Position numbers and translations under genes: made by a program
Origin: Candidatus Helarchaeota archaeon
Lineage (GTDB): Archaea; Asgardarchaeota; Lokiarchaeia; Helarchaeales; RDOG01
Direction of reading: 5' to 3'
Length of the DNA stretch: 64,000 nt
NCBI GenBank assembly: GCA_019058315.1
Contig: JAHPZH010000006.1
Location: forward strand, 160,001 to 224,000
The notes under the pieces: model-generated
Databases searched by the model: none
What the model was told of the DNA's origin: nothing
What the model saw: only the letters and a program-made list of their open reading frames with translations
Shown: positions 40,425 to 50,137 of the stretch, one piece after another
How the letters are laid out: each line of letters starts with the position of its first letter
Position numbering within the stretch: the first letter of the stretch is position 1

Positions 40425-41525
40425 TTATTTTATTTTAATAAAAGACAATAAATCGTTTATATTTTCTTTATTTTTTGCAGAAATGTAAAAATATGGATAT
40501 TTTGAAAGTACAGGTTCTAAATATTGTATAATTATTTCAAACTCCTGCTTTGATATTAAATCAAATTTGTTGAAGACTAAAAGGACTTTATTAAGATTTA
40601 TGCCAATTTCTTTTAACAAATTTAAGCTATATTCCAATTTATAATTAATTAAATCGAGTTTGTCATCAAGTGCAATTAAATAGATCAAAATATCAGCATT
40701 TTGCATGTCCATTAAGTTCAATTCAAAGCTTTTAATCAATCTTGGGTCCAAATCTATTACAAATCCTATGGTATCAACAAACATGATATTAAAATTTTTA
40801 TTAATTCTCCGATATTTACTAGATAATGTGGTAAAAGGTAAATCGCTAGTAGGTTTCTGCGAACCAGTGAATAAATTAAATAATGTCGTCTTCCCAGCGT
40901 TATAATAACCTACAATGCAACAAATTTTTCCACCATTCAATATTTCTCTTCTTTTTTGGATTCTCTTTAATTTTTTTGTTTTCATTTGTTCTATTTCAGT
41001 TGTCAAAGTTGCTATCTTTTTATCATAACTCTTAATTTTTGAGTGAAATGCAAATTCTCCTGGCCCAAATTTTCGAGCTGGTAGGTCTTGTTTAAATTTG
41101 ATATTAGCCTGTAATTTATACAAAGGAAACTGTTTTCTTAATTGAGCTAATTGAATTTGAATCTTTGATAGTTTATCTGTTGAATTCTTTTCAAAAATCT
41201 TTAGTGTAAGTTCATATCGGTCTAAAATTTCAACCTCTTGATGACCAGATAATTCTGTTAATAAATTCAGTTTCTGTTTGCTAGTTAAAGTATTGTAAAA
41301 AATAACAGTTTCAATATTTAATTCTTGAATTAATTTCTTTAGTTCTTGAACTTTGCCTTTTCCTATAAGAAATTTGGATTTTTTCTTTAATTTAGTTTGA
41401 ATTATTTTCGTGATAATTTCATAATTTAATGATTCTGCAAGTTTTTCTAGTTCTCTTATTTGGATTTTATAAAAAAAATGATCATGAATATCGGTTTTAA
41501 GCAGACAGAGGATACTTCTTTTCAT
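40425..41525 (-). CDS. hflX: HflX GTPase
   Basis: IGKGKVQEL, ILDRYEL.L.IF, GPGE, GYYNAGKT, DTIGF, NKFD, SAK. Confidence 0.9.
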   Translation of the reverse strand: MKRSILCLLKTDIHDHFFYKIQIRELEKLAESLNYEIITKIIQTKLKKKSKFLIGKGKVQELKKLIQELNIETVIFYNTLTSKQKLNLLTELSGHQEVEILDRYELTLKIFEKNSTDKLSKIQIQLAQLRKQFPLYKLQANIKFKQDLPARKFGPGEFAFHSKIKSYDKKIATLTTEIEQMKTKKLKRIQKRREILNGGKICCIVGYYNAGKTTLFNLFTGSQKPTSDLPFTTLSSKYRRINKNFNIMFVDTIGFVIDLDPRLIKSFELNLMDMQNADILIYLIALDDKLDLINYKLEYSLNLLKEIGINLNKVLLVFNKFDLISKQEFEIIIQYLEPVLSKYPYFYISAKNKENINDLLSFIKIK

Positions 41526-41683
41526 TAAATAATCTTCTTCAGTATTTAAGTTCTTTAAAGTAACTTGATGATAATTATTTTAAAATGAATTACTTATATC
41601 CTTTGCATAAATATTTGAAAGATTACAAGTCTAATTACTAAAATTAGATAAAAGAAAGTTATTATAAAAAATTTGAAGAAAAT

Positions 41684-42346
41684 TTATGAACGAACATTTA
41701 TGATTCTGATAAAATCTGCAGTTTCTTCAGCAAAGTCAGAGATCTGTTCAAAAGCTTGTACCATATCAAATACAGTTATTGCAATATATGGAGAATAAGC
41801 TGGTTTAACATTAATTAGTTTTCTTTTAATTTCATAATTAATACCATCTACATCATGTTCTAATTCATTTATTTTCATAGTGCTTTCCATTACTTTATCC
41901 ATTGTTTCACCTAACTGTAAATCTATGGTTTTATGCAACAGTTCCACACATTTTAATGTTATCTCACTCATCTTTTTTAAATCATCTGCGATTGGAGCTA
42001 AAACATCAGGAGATAATATTCCTAGTCGATTAGCAGTAGCATTTGCATTATTTGCAACTGAATCAAGTCTTGAAATTAAATGTGCTAAATCTTCCCTTAC
42101 ACTGGGTGTTAATTCTCCTTTTGAAAGTTCTACCATAACTTTTCTTCGAATTGAGTCGCATTCACGTTCTAAATCATCAATTTTTTTTATGTTTTTACTA
42201 ACATCTGTACCTTTTCCGTCTAGAAATAATTTTATTGTTTTGTCCAGTTCATAAACACTATCATATACTTTTTTTGCGTGTTCTTTCGTTTCTTTTATTA
42301 TGCTAGCCTCACGCCTAGATTTAAACCAATCTATAAGAGTTCCCAT
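41684..42346 (-). CDS. DUF47 / PhoU-like phosphate transport regulator
   Basis: LERECDSIRR, REDL..L...LD.VA, LEHDVD, EQISDFAEETAD; ATG 42346 follows GAAAGTGA. Confidence 0.88.
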   Translation of the reverse strand: MGTLIDWFKSRREASIIKETKEHAKKVYDSVYELDKTIKLFLDGKGTDVSKNIKKIDDLERECDSIRRKVMVELSKGELTPSVREDLAHLISRLDSVANNANATANRLGILSPDVLAPIADDLKKMSEITLKCVELLHKTIDLQLGETMDKVMESTMKINELEHDVDGINYEIKRKLINVKPAYSPYIAITVFDMVQAFEQISDFAEETADFIRIINVRS

Positions 42347-42449
42347 AGTATCACTTTCTTTATTAGATTTTTTCAATAAATTTACTAATAATATTTAAGT
42401 TTTTTTAATACCTACTATCATTATAATAAAAACATTGTTATGAAAAAAG

Positions 42450-42790
42450 TAGATCAATGTTCAAAGTGTTTATATACTTTATGAACAAGTTTTTAAATTT
42501 TCAATTTTGTCAATAAACATACTAATTGAAATCAAACTTTTTTAATTAAAAATAATAATTAATCAAAAATTAGATCAATGTTCAATTTATTTATATTCAA
42601 TTTGAACAAGTTTTTAATTAAAGTTTTAATCAATGAACAGTTTAAATAAAATCAAATTTACTTAAGTAAAACTTCTACTTCTTCAATAAATTAATCAATG
42701 TTCAACTTATATATAAATAATTTGAACATGTATTTAAACAATATATTTTGTCATTAAACAGATTAGTTAAAAGAATAGATTTATAAAGTG
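42450..42790. repeat. Three imperfect tandem ~120-bp intergenic repeats, each with TGTTCA-N18-TGAACA around a TATA-like core
   Basis: Units start at 42450, 42571 and 42691; ATCAATGTTCAA and TGAACA are identical in all three; a third block TCAWTRAACA lies at 42510, 42630 and 42751. Confidence 0.85.
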
Positions 42791-43012
42791 TTTTTAATAG
42801 TGTACCTCACCCAAGATTACGAAGAACGAAAAATGACTTATATGATGCATAGTTTTCAGATTAATTACAAATCTATTGGACAAAAAATCTTGACAACTAG
42901 GAATTACAATAAGACAAAAAAATTAGAGATTTATTTAAAATTGAGTTATTTTTTAAGGTCAGTTCAATTCAATTTTAAAAAATGGTAAAATAATAACAAT
43001 GGAGTTAAAAAT

Positions 43013-43210
43013 ATGAGAGAAAAATACAAAATAATAATATTAGTGTCAATATCAATAGCCCTAGGACTACTTACAGGTATTTACTTTGGAATGTTAACAG
43101 CAACTGCATTGAATGTTACTGGTCTTGGTCTAATTAGACAAGAAAAGAATAAAAAAATCCATATTAAAAAGGTGAAAAAGAATTATATCGAAGGAAGAAG
43201 TGGATATTAA
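43013..43210 (+). CDS. Small single-TM protein at the head of the ABC operon
   Basis: GGAG before ATG; hydrophobic IIILVSISIALGLLTGIYFGML followed by a basic tail; overlaps the next gene by 11 bp. Confidence 0.45.
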   Translation: MREKYKIIILVSISIALGLLTGIYFGMLTATALNVTGLGLIRQEKNKKIHIKKVKKNYIEGRSGY

Positions 43211-44387
43211 GCAAAAAATCGCCAGAGCAAAACGACTTAGAAAACCAAAAAACCGTTTAACAGTTTATGCTATGATATTCTTAACTTGTTTTTCAGTCGG
43301 CATATTAATAGGAATGGTGTTTCAAACTGATAAAAGACCTTATCCTGTTGTAACACTTTCTATGGCCTATGGTTCGGAGAAAAAAAAATGGATAAATGAA
43401 ATTACGCAAGATTTCCAAGTTTATGCATTTACTGAATCCCTTAAGAGATATGGTATTCCACTATGGGTTCTTTGTGATTTTAAACCTATGGGATCTCGCA
43501 AAATGGTTCTTTCTACTTTAACAGGAGAAATTCAACCCACAATACTCAGTCCAGCATCCAGTATTTGGATTGACTATATGAATTATAAAGCAATGGCCAT
43601 AGGTGGACATCCACTTATAAATAAAGATGATCCAGAATGGACTAAAAAAGTAATTTATTCCCCAGTAGTTATAGGAACATGGAAAGTCTTTAATGAAACT
43701 TGGGATATTGATGGATTTGACTCTCTTATGAAGATCCCTGGTAGGTTTGCTCATACTGATCCTCAACTATCTAACAGTGGGGCAATGTCACTTCTAATGA
43801 TGGTAGCAACATTCCTTGAAAAAGATGTGTCAGAAATAGAATATGCGGATTTATTTAATCCTGAGGTCTTTCTTAAAATGTCGCTTATTGAAAAAAAATG
43901 TACCTATTACGGAGAGAGTACAGGATTTTTAGGAAAAAAAGCTTTAGATGGAACTCTTGACGTTTTTATGGTATACGAGAGCGTAATAATTGATAATAAT
44001 AAAAAACTTCAAGGAGGAACCATTCCAGCACTACAAACTGGTGGTATGGTAGCGGTATATCCTGAAAATGGTACTTTGTATTCAGACCATCCATTTTGTA
44101 TAATGGCAGGAGATTGGGTTACTCCAATGCAGTTATATGCTGCTAAATTATTTTTGGATTTTATAGATGAACCTAGTACGATTGAAGTAGCTTTTAGTAA
44201 AGGAGGCTTCAGACCAATCAATGCATCCATACTGAATAATCCTGATATAAATGCTTCCTATGTTAAAACTTTTAAAGAATCTAATGGCGTACAATATAAA
44301 CTTACAGTTCCTGAATTCCAGGGAGATGTAAATCCATTTATTTTAAACCAAATACCTGAATTATGGACTATGATGCGTTCAAAATAA
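43200..44387 (+). CDS. Membrane-anchored ABC substrate-binding protein of the family often fused to vWA domains
   Basis: AYGSEKKKW, SPASSIW, SPVVI, HTDP..SNSG, YYGESTGF, YESVII, YPENGTLYSDHP. Confidence 0.8.
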   Translation: MDIKQKIARAKRLRKPKNRLTVYAMIFLTCFSVGILIGMVFQTDKRPYPVVTLSMAYGSEKKKWINEITQDFQVYAFTESLKRYGIPLWVLCDFKPMGSRKMVLSTLTGEIQPTILSPASSIWIDYMNYKAMAIGGHPLINKDDPEWTKKVIYSPVVIGTWKVFNETWDIDGFDSLMKIPGRFAHTDPQLSNSGAMSLLMMVATFLEKDVSEIEYADLFNPEVFLKMSLIEKKCTYYGESTGFLGKKALDGTLDVFMVYESVIIDNNKKLQGGTIPALQTGGMVAVYPENGTLYSDHPFCIMAGDWVTPMQLYAAKLFLDFIDEPSTIEVAFSKGGFRPINASILNNPDINASYVKTFKESNGVQYKLTVPEFQGDVNPFILNQIPELWTMMRSK

Positions 44388-44408
44388 TAAAAAAAGAGGT
44401 TAATTTTA

Positions 44409-46211
44409 ATGCAAAAAACAGAAAAAACAGAAATAGAATTTGAATCTTTTCAAAGAGAAAAATTAGACAGAATAGGTAGATTTGAAAGAAATATATCCTC
44501 AGAAAAAGTAAGAAAACTATCAGACGGGATATTTTTGGCAATATTTTTTGCATTCTTTATAATTCCAATATTTTATATTTTTATTTGGTCGTTATTTAAT
44601 TGGAATGCAATCAACTTTGCCATCTTTAACAACCCCATATCTGGAGCAACTCGTGCGAGTGACATAGGAATCTCTTTACTAAGGTCTCTTTTTGTTGCAT
44701 CAGTTGTAGTACTGGCAGACATAATTATTGGAATTCCTATGGCAATAATATTAGCAAGATATGAATTTCGTGGAAAACGGTTATTGGACACCCTAGTAGA
44801 TTTACCCTTAGCTATTCCAACAGCTGCGCTTGGATTTTCGATATATCTTTTTTGGGGAGCACCCCAGGGAATTGCACCATTACTTGGTATCTATCAAAAT
44901 CCAATTCAAGTATTATCAGGAACAGCTAGTGGCGGAGGACTTATAGAACCAGGATTGTGGTTAATAATACTTGCCCATATACCATTTACATTTCCATATA
45001 TCACAAGAAATTTAAAAGTGGTAATCGGTAATATTGATAAGGACTTCGAAGATGCAGCTAGGAGTTTGGGTGCCCAAAAATACACTGTATTCCGAACAAT
45101 CACCGGTCCTTTAATGAAGGAAGGTTTGATTGCAGGTGCGATTTTAGCATTTACTAGGAGCATAGGTGAAACAGGAGCAACATTATTGGTTTACGGAGTT
45201 GAAGCAACAGCACCGATTCAAGTTGTAACTCTGACTAGATTAGGACAATATCAAGCTGCTGGATTTCTATCTATGATACTAGTTTCTATCTCCATCGGGA
45301 TGTTATTCTTAGTAAAAACAGTTTCTAGAAGAGTCGGTCTACCAGTTCAAAGGATATGGTACGGCTTTGAAAAAATTGTATCTAAGAAACCAGTAAGAGT
45401 TACAAGGGACACTATGACTATGATATTATTCATTGGTGTAATAACTATTCCATCATTTTATGTATTAGTGTACTTGTTTACAAATTTCGTTGGAGTCGAG
45501 GGTGCATTTTACAGTGTTTTCTATGGAGCAGATAATAAATGGGCTGAAATATGGGTTCAACTAATAAATTCACTTTCAATTGCAGGAATTGCAACGCTTG
45601 TAAATATATTAATTGGTATACCTCTAGCTTTCATGATTGTTAGAAGAAAATGGGGAAAATTCAACATGATATTAGATACTGCGGTGGATCTTCCGCTAAC
45701 TGTTCCATCTGCAGCTTTAGGATTTGCAATATTTCTCTTTTGGGGAACATTAGGACCATTTGCACCAACTGGAATATTTACACCGGGTTATATGCTGATA
45801 CTCATTGTACATGTTGTTTTTACTTTACCGTTCATGGTTCGCGTTCTAGTTGCCGTACTTATGAATATGTCACCAGGTTTCGAAGAAGCATCTTCAACAA
45901 TGGGGGCGAGTAGATTTACAACATTTCGTAAAATAACTTTACCAATGTTAAAAACTGCTATTTTAGCGGGTGCAATCATGGTATTTATGAGATCATTAGG
46001 CGAAACTGGAGCCACAGTAGTTGTTATGGGATTAATCAGAACAGTGCCTGTTGGTATAATTGATTATGCAGAATCTATAGAATTTGAAGCTGCAGCATTT
46101 TCAAGTTTTGTCATAATTCTCATATCGTTTGTTTTGATATTTGTTTTAAGATATCTCTCAGGGGAAGAGAGAGAAGAACCATTAATAAAAAGAGGTCTAA
46201 CATATGCCTAA
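44409..46211 (+). CDS. Fused two-domain ABC permease (CysT/ModB/FbpB-like)
   Basis: Two halves, each with DLPL..P.AALGF, an EAA loop (EDAARSLGA / EEASSTMGA) and RS.GETGAT. Confidence 0.92.
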   Translation: MQKTEKTEIEFESFQREKLDRIGRFERNISSEKVRKLSDGIFLAIFFAFFIIPIFYIFIWSLFNWNAINFAIFNNPISGATRASDIGISLLRSLFVASVVVLADIIIGIPMAIILARYEFRGKRLLDTLVDLPLAIPTAALGFSIYLFWGAPQGIAPLLGIYQNPIQVLSGTASGGGLIEPGLWLIILAHIPFTFPYITRNLKVVIGNIDKDFEDAARSLGAQKYTVFRTITGPLMKEGLIAGAILAFTRSIGETGATLLVYGVEATAPIQVVTLTRLGQYQAAGFLSMILVSISIGMLFLVKTVSRRVGLPVQRIWYGFEKIVSKKPVRVTRDTMTMILFIGVITIPSFYVLVYLFTNFVGVEGAFYSVFYGADNKWAEIWVQLINSLSIAGIATLVNILIGIPLAFMIVRRKWGKFNMILDTAVDLPLTVPSAALGFAIFLFWGTLGPFAPTGIFTPGYMLILIVHVVFTLPFMVRVLVAVLMNMSPGFEEASSTMGASRFTTFRKITLPMLKTAILAGAIMVFMRSLGETGATVVVMGLIRTVPVGIIDYAESIEFEAAAFSSFVIILISFVLIFVLRYLSGEEREEPLIKRGLTYA

Positions 46212-47313
46212 TTTGAAAGTACAGAATCTAAATAAAGTATTTGAGAAAGCTAAAGTCTGTGCGGCTAAAGAAATTAACTTGACAGTGAATGAAGGAGAAT
46301 ATTTGACTTTACTTGGACCTAGTGGATGCGGAAAAACAGTCTTTGTGAGAATGATCGCAGGTTTGGAATCGATAGATTCTGGTAAAATTTACATTGATGA
46401 TAAACCAATAAATGAAATACCAACAGAGGACAGAGATATTGGAATGGTTTTCCAATCATACGAAATTTTTCCTTTTATGGATGTATGGGACAATGTTGCG
46501 TATCCAGGTATTGTAAGAAGATGGCCCAAAGAAAAAATAGAAACAGAAACAGTAAAAGCTTTAGAAGTAGTAGGTTTACTCGATCGTGCTGGTGAATTTC
46601 CAGATCAATTATCGGTTCCTGATCTACAACGTATTGCTATTGCAAGAACTCTTGTGACTGGTTCAAAACTTCTATTATTAGATGAACCACTTAGTTCCTT
46701 GGATCAACGCTATTCTGAGGAATTTCGTCACGAACTAAGAAGATTAGTGAAAGATTTAGGTTTAACAGCAGTTCATATCACCCACAACCAAGATGAGGCA
46801 ATGATGATTTCGGATCGTATAGTAATAATGCGAAAAGGAGAATTTCTTCAAGCAGGAACTCCCGCAGAAATATACGAACACCCGAACAGTATTTTTGTAG
46901 CTAATTTTATTGGCGAATCAAATTTTTTGGATGGTAATATAACTGAAATCAAAGATGAAGGATCTATTATTACATTGAGACATGATGGACCCAAGATAAT
47001 TTCGTCAAATAAAGAATTCAAACGAGATACTAGAATAGTAGCGAGTATTAGAAAAGAATTAGTAAAAATTTACCCCGCAGACTCGGATAAACAATATACA
47101 ATAGAAGCTAAAGTAAAAAATATAATTTTTCTTGGATCATTTTTGCGAGTATTTTGTGAACTTTCTAATGAAGACATTGTTGAAGCAAAAATTACCTTTC
47201 CACCAAAATTTGAGTTAAATAAGGGTGATAAGGTTCACGTAAAAATGCATCCTGACAATATATTATTGTTTGAATATCCAGATGATCTGGCTTATGAATT
47301 AGCATTAGATTAA
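46204..47313 (+). CDS. ABC ATPase (PotA/CysA-like, TOBE domain) with degenerate signature motif
   Basis: GPSGCGKT, VFQ, LLLDEP and ITHN are intact; signature reads LSVPD. Confidence 0.93.
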   Translation: MPNLKVQNLNKVFEKAKVCAAKEINLTVNEGEYLTLLGPSGCGKTVFVRMIAGLESIDSGKIYIDDKPINEIPTEDRDIGMVFQSYEIFPFMDVWDNVAYPGIVRRWPKEKIETETVKALEVVGLLDRAGEFPDQLSVPDLQRIAIARTLVTGSKLLLLDEPLSSLDQRYSEEFRHELRRLVKDLGLTAVHITHNQDEAMMISDRIVIMRKGEFLQAGTPAEIYEHPNSIFVANFIGESNFLDGNITEIKDEGSIITLRHDGPKIISSNKEFKRDTRIVASIRKELVKIYPADSDKQYTIEAKVKNIIFLGSFLRVFCELSNEDIVEAKITFPPKFELNKGDKVHVKMHPDNILLFEYPDDLAYELALD

Positions 47314-47325
47314 GGAGTGTAAATA

Positions 47326-48429
47326 ATGTCAGAAGTAATATTAAAAAATGTAATAAAAAAATATAATGGAAAAGCTGGTATATCCATTAGTTTTGAGGTT
47401 AAACCTGGAGAATACTTTACTATCTGTGGACCAACAGGTTCTGGAAAGAGTACACTTATGCGAATGATTGCAGGATTGGAAAAAGTTGACGATGGGCAAA
47501 TATTCATAGGTAAAAAAATGGTTAATAAGGTTGCAGCTGAAGATCGGAAAATAGGGATGGTATTTGAGCACCCAACATATGCAATTTTTCCACATTACAA
47601 TCTACTTGAAAATGTCATTTACGGACCACGAGTGAAAGGTGGTAAAATTACTGAAATTCAAAAAACAGGAAAGGAAATGCTTGAAATGATGCTTCTCGAT
47701 GACAGAGCAGACTTTTATTGGGACGAATCTAGTGGCGGAATGCTACAGCGAATATCTTTAGCTAGAGCGTTGATGACAAGTGATAAATTAATTTTATTAG
47801 ATGAACCACTTTCAGCTTTGGATGCAAAAATTAGAATGGCTTTGCGATATGAACTTATGAGCATCATTAAAGAAGTAGGTGTAACATGTATCCATGCAAC
47901 TCAAGATACGGAAGAAGCATTAATGGTATCAGATAGAATTTTAGTTTTAAATAAAGGAGTAGTCGAACAGATTGGAACTCCTTTAGAAATATATCAACAC
48001 CCCGCAAATCTTTTTGTCGCAAGGTTCATGTGTGGATGTAATGTTATTGAAGGGAAGATAATAAAGAAAAACAATACATTTTCTGAAATTCAATTAGCAA
48101 AAAATATAACAATAAAAGCATCTGATACTTCATTTTCTGAAAATGATAAAGTAGCTATCGCAATTAGAGCTGAACATATAGATGTTGAAGGTGGAAAAGT
48201 GAACGGAGATAATAGTATAAAAGGAGTTATACAATCATCCAGGTTTACAGCAGGAAATAATATTGATGAAATTCTCTTAGAAACTGGTGACGTATTTTTT
48301 TCAAAAAAACACGCGACTCATATATGGTTTTCCAGAGGCGATGATGTCACGATTTCATTTAAGCCAGAAAATATAATCTTATTTCCATATCCTGTAGAAG
48401 GATTAGAAAAAGCATTGGAGCTGAATTAA
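47326..48429 (+). CDS. Second ABC ATPase (PotA/CysA-like) with altered Q-loop and H-loop
   Basis: GPTGSGKS, SSGGM, ILLDEP; VFE in place of VFQ and ATQD in place of xTHD. Confidence 0.93.
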   Translation: MSEVILKNVIKKYNGKAGISISFEVKPGEYFTICGPTGSGKSTLMRMIAGLEKVDDGQIFIGKKMVNKVAAEDRKIGMVFEHPTYAIFPHYNLLENVIYGPRVKGGKITEIQKTGKEMLEMMLLDDRADFYWDESSGGMLQRISLARALMTSDKLILLDEPLSALDAKIRMALRYELMSIIKEVGVTCIHATQDTEEALMVSDRILVLNKGVVEQIGTPLEIYQHPANLFVARFMCGCNVIEGKIIKKNNTFSEIQLAKNITIKASDTSFSENDKVAIAIRAEHIDVEGGKVNGDNSIKGVIQSSRFTAGNNIDEILLETGDVFFSKKHATHIWFSRGDDVTISFKPENIILFPYPVEGLEKALELN

Positions 48430-48442
48430 AAATTAAAAGAGA

Positions 48443-49012
48443 GTGAATTTGATGAAAAGTAAAAATGCATTTGGATTAGCAATTTTATATACAGCACTTG
48501 TAAGTTTCATGATATACATCCAATTAATTAACAGTCCAGTTTTTAATCTTCTTTTTTGGATTGGAATAGCTGTTTACATGGCATCAGGAGCTTTTTTCAT
48601 TGGAAGTAGTTATATTGACAATAAAAAATATATGACAATGGGCTTAATAGTCGGAATTGCATCATGGACTCTATTATTAATCGGTGCAAGCTGGGGTGTT
48701 TCAATAAACCACGATATTATAGAAAGGTGGAAATTATGGGACGCCTTATCAAGTTATATCGATGGAATGGATGAATATCTTGCCTTTTTCATAGATAATC
48801 TTGATGAAATAATTAAAAACGCCGATCTACAAGCATTTTTTTCAGCCGAAATCATAGTACAGCAATGGTTTGTCGGACCATTTGTATATTATGTCATTGT
48901 ATCAATAACAACTGTTATATCAATAATAATTGGAGTATCCATTGGATTTATTTCCTTCAAAGATGAGCAAAAAGTTAAGGAAATATCAAGTAGTTATTCA
49001 AAAGGTCTTTAA
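48443..49012 (+). CDS. Four-TM membrane protein, last gene of the ABC operon
   Basis: Four hydrophobic segments; 13-bp gap after the ATPase; paralogous to the N-terminus of 50651..51460. Confidence 0.7.
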   Translation: MNLMKSKNAFGLAILYTALVSFMIYIQLINSPVFNLLFWIGIAVYMASGAFFIGSSYIDNKKYMTMGLIVGIASWTLLLIGASWGVSINHDIIERWKLWDALSSYIDGMDEYLAFFIDNLDEIIKNADLQAFFSAEIIVQQWFVGPFVYYVIVSITTVISIIIGVSIGFISFKDEQKVKEISSSYSKGL

Positions 49013-49102
49013 ATTAATAATTTTTTTTATTTCTAATTATTGTTTTTAGAATTAGTGAGATAATTATAAAATTTTAAAAAAATTGAAGGAGGTGATAAAT
49101 TT

Positions 49103-49816
49103 ATGAAGAAAACTTGGCTAATTTGTGATTTTCATATTCACACAGATATAAGTGACGGAAAAATACCAATTAATGAAGTGATAAAACTCTATGGAGAACA
49201 CCATTTCGATGTTATCAGTATTACAGATCATATTGTTGATAGTAAATGTCTAGAGAAACGAGAAAAGAATAATGAACCTTTATATTCATTACAAAAAGAA
49301 AATTTCCAAGATTATTTAAGATTACTATGGAAAAAATCAGTTGAAGCATGGGAAAAATATAATATGTTAATTATCCCAGGAGCAGAAATTACAAATAATA
49401 CTAATGAATATCATATACTTGCAATAGATATTAAAGAATATATTGAACCTGATTTATCTGTAAAGGAGATAATACAAGAAATTCATAAACAAGGTGGTAT
49501 TGCAATTGCTTGCCATCCACATTATAAATCAAATGATGGTCCACAGCCATTTTTACATCTATGGAATAACCATGATAAATATGCGAATTTGTTTGATGCT
49601 TGGGAAGTAGCTAATCGTAATGAGCTATTTAATGTAATAGGTCTCCAAAAATTCAATTATATTGCTAATTCAGATTTTCATGAAGCTAAACATCTTTATT
49701 CTTGGAAGACTTTTATAGGTGCTGTGAAAAATAGAGAAGCTATAAAAACAGCTATTCATAAAAATGATAGTGTAGCTATCTTTTTATATAGGAAAAATAA
49801 CAAGATAAAAATTTAA
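49103..49816 (+). CDS. PHP-domain metal-dependent phosphoesterase
   Basis: DFHIHT..SDG, ITDH, PGAEIT, CHPH, NSDFH; perfect GGAGGTGA RBS. Confidence 0.92.
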   Translation: MKKTWLICDFHIHTDISDGKIPINEVIKLYGEHHFDVISITDHIVDSKCLEKREKNNEPLYSLQKENFQDYLRLLWKKSVEAWEKYNMLIIPGAEITNNTNEYHILAIDIKEYIEPDLSVKEIIQEIHKQGGIAIACHPHYKSNDGPQPFLHLWNNHDKYANLFDAWEVANRNELFNVIGLQKFNYIANSDFHEAKHLYSWKTFIGAVKNREAIKTAIHKNDSVAIFLYRKNNKIKI

Positions 49817-49925
49817 AAAAAATTGAGCAAATATGAAACTAATAAATATTTTTGAATCGCTTTTTTGGAAAAAAATTATAATTATTTATTTGAAATCCAA
49901 TATTATGTTTCTTTTCTTAATAGAT

Positions 49926-50026
49926 TGAATAAACTAAAAATAAATCTTAATTAGTCAACTAATTAAAAGTAATATTATTGAATTGAACAAAATATTAAAT
50001 TTCAAAAAAAAATTGAACAAAAATAT
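49926..50026 (+). promoter_or_regulatory. Phased sites upstream of lrp
   Basis: AATTGAACAAAA direct repeat at 49981 and 50011; palindrome TTAATTAG-TCAA-CTAATTAA at 49947-49966; TGAATA at 49926. Confidence 0.5.
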
Positions 50027-50137
50027 AATTATATAGGAAAAAAATTAATTTTTTTTAATAACTTTATAAAGGAAGTTACAAAATGTTATTAAATACAGAA
50101 TCTAATCTTTATACGTTCAATTGTTGAAGGTTTACAA

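Noticed and set aside
42450-42790. 120-bp repeats as a CRISPR array
   Set aside because: Only three imperfect units, the period is too long, similarity extends through the would-be spacers, and no cas genes are present
42788-42988. 66-aa ORF upstream of the ABC operon
   Set aside because: GTG start without a clear RBS and no recognisable features; probably promoter or leader DNA
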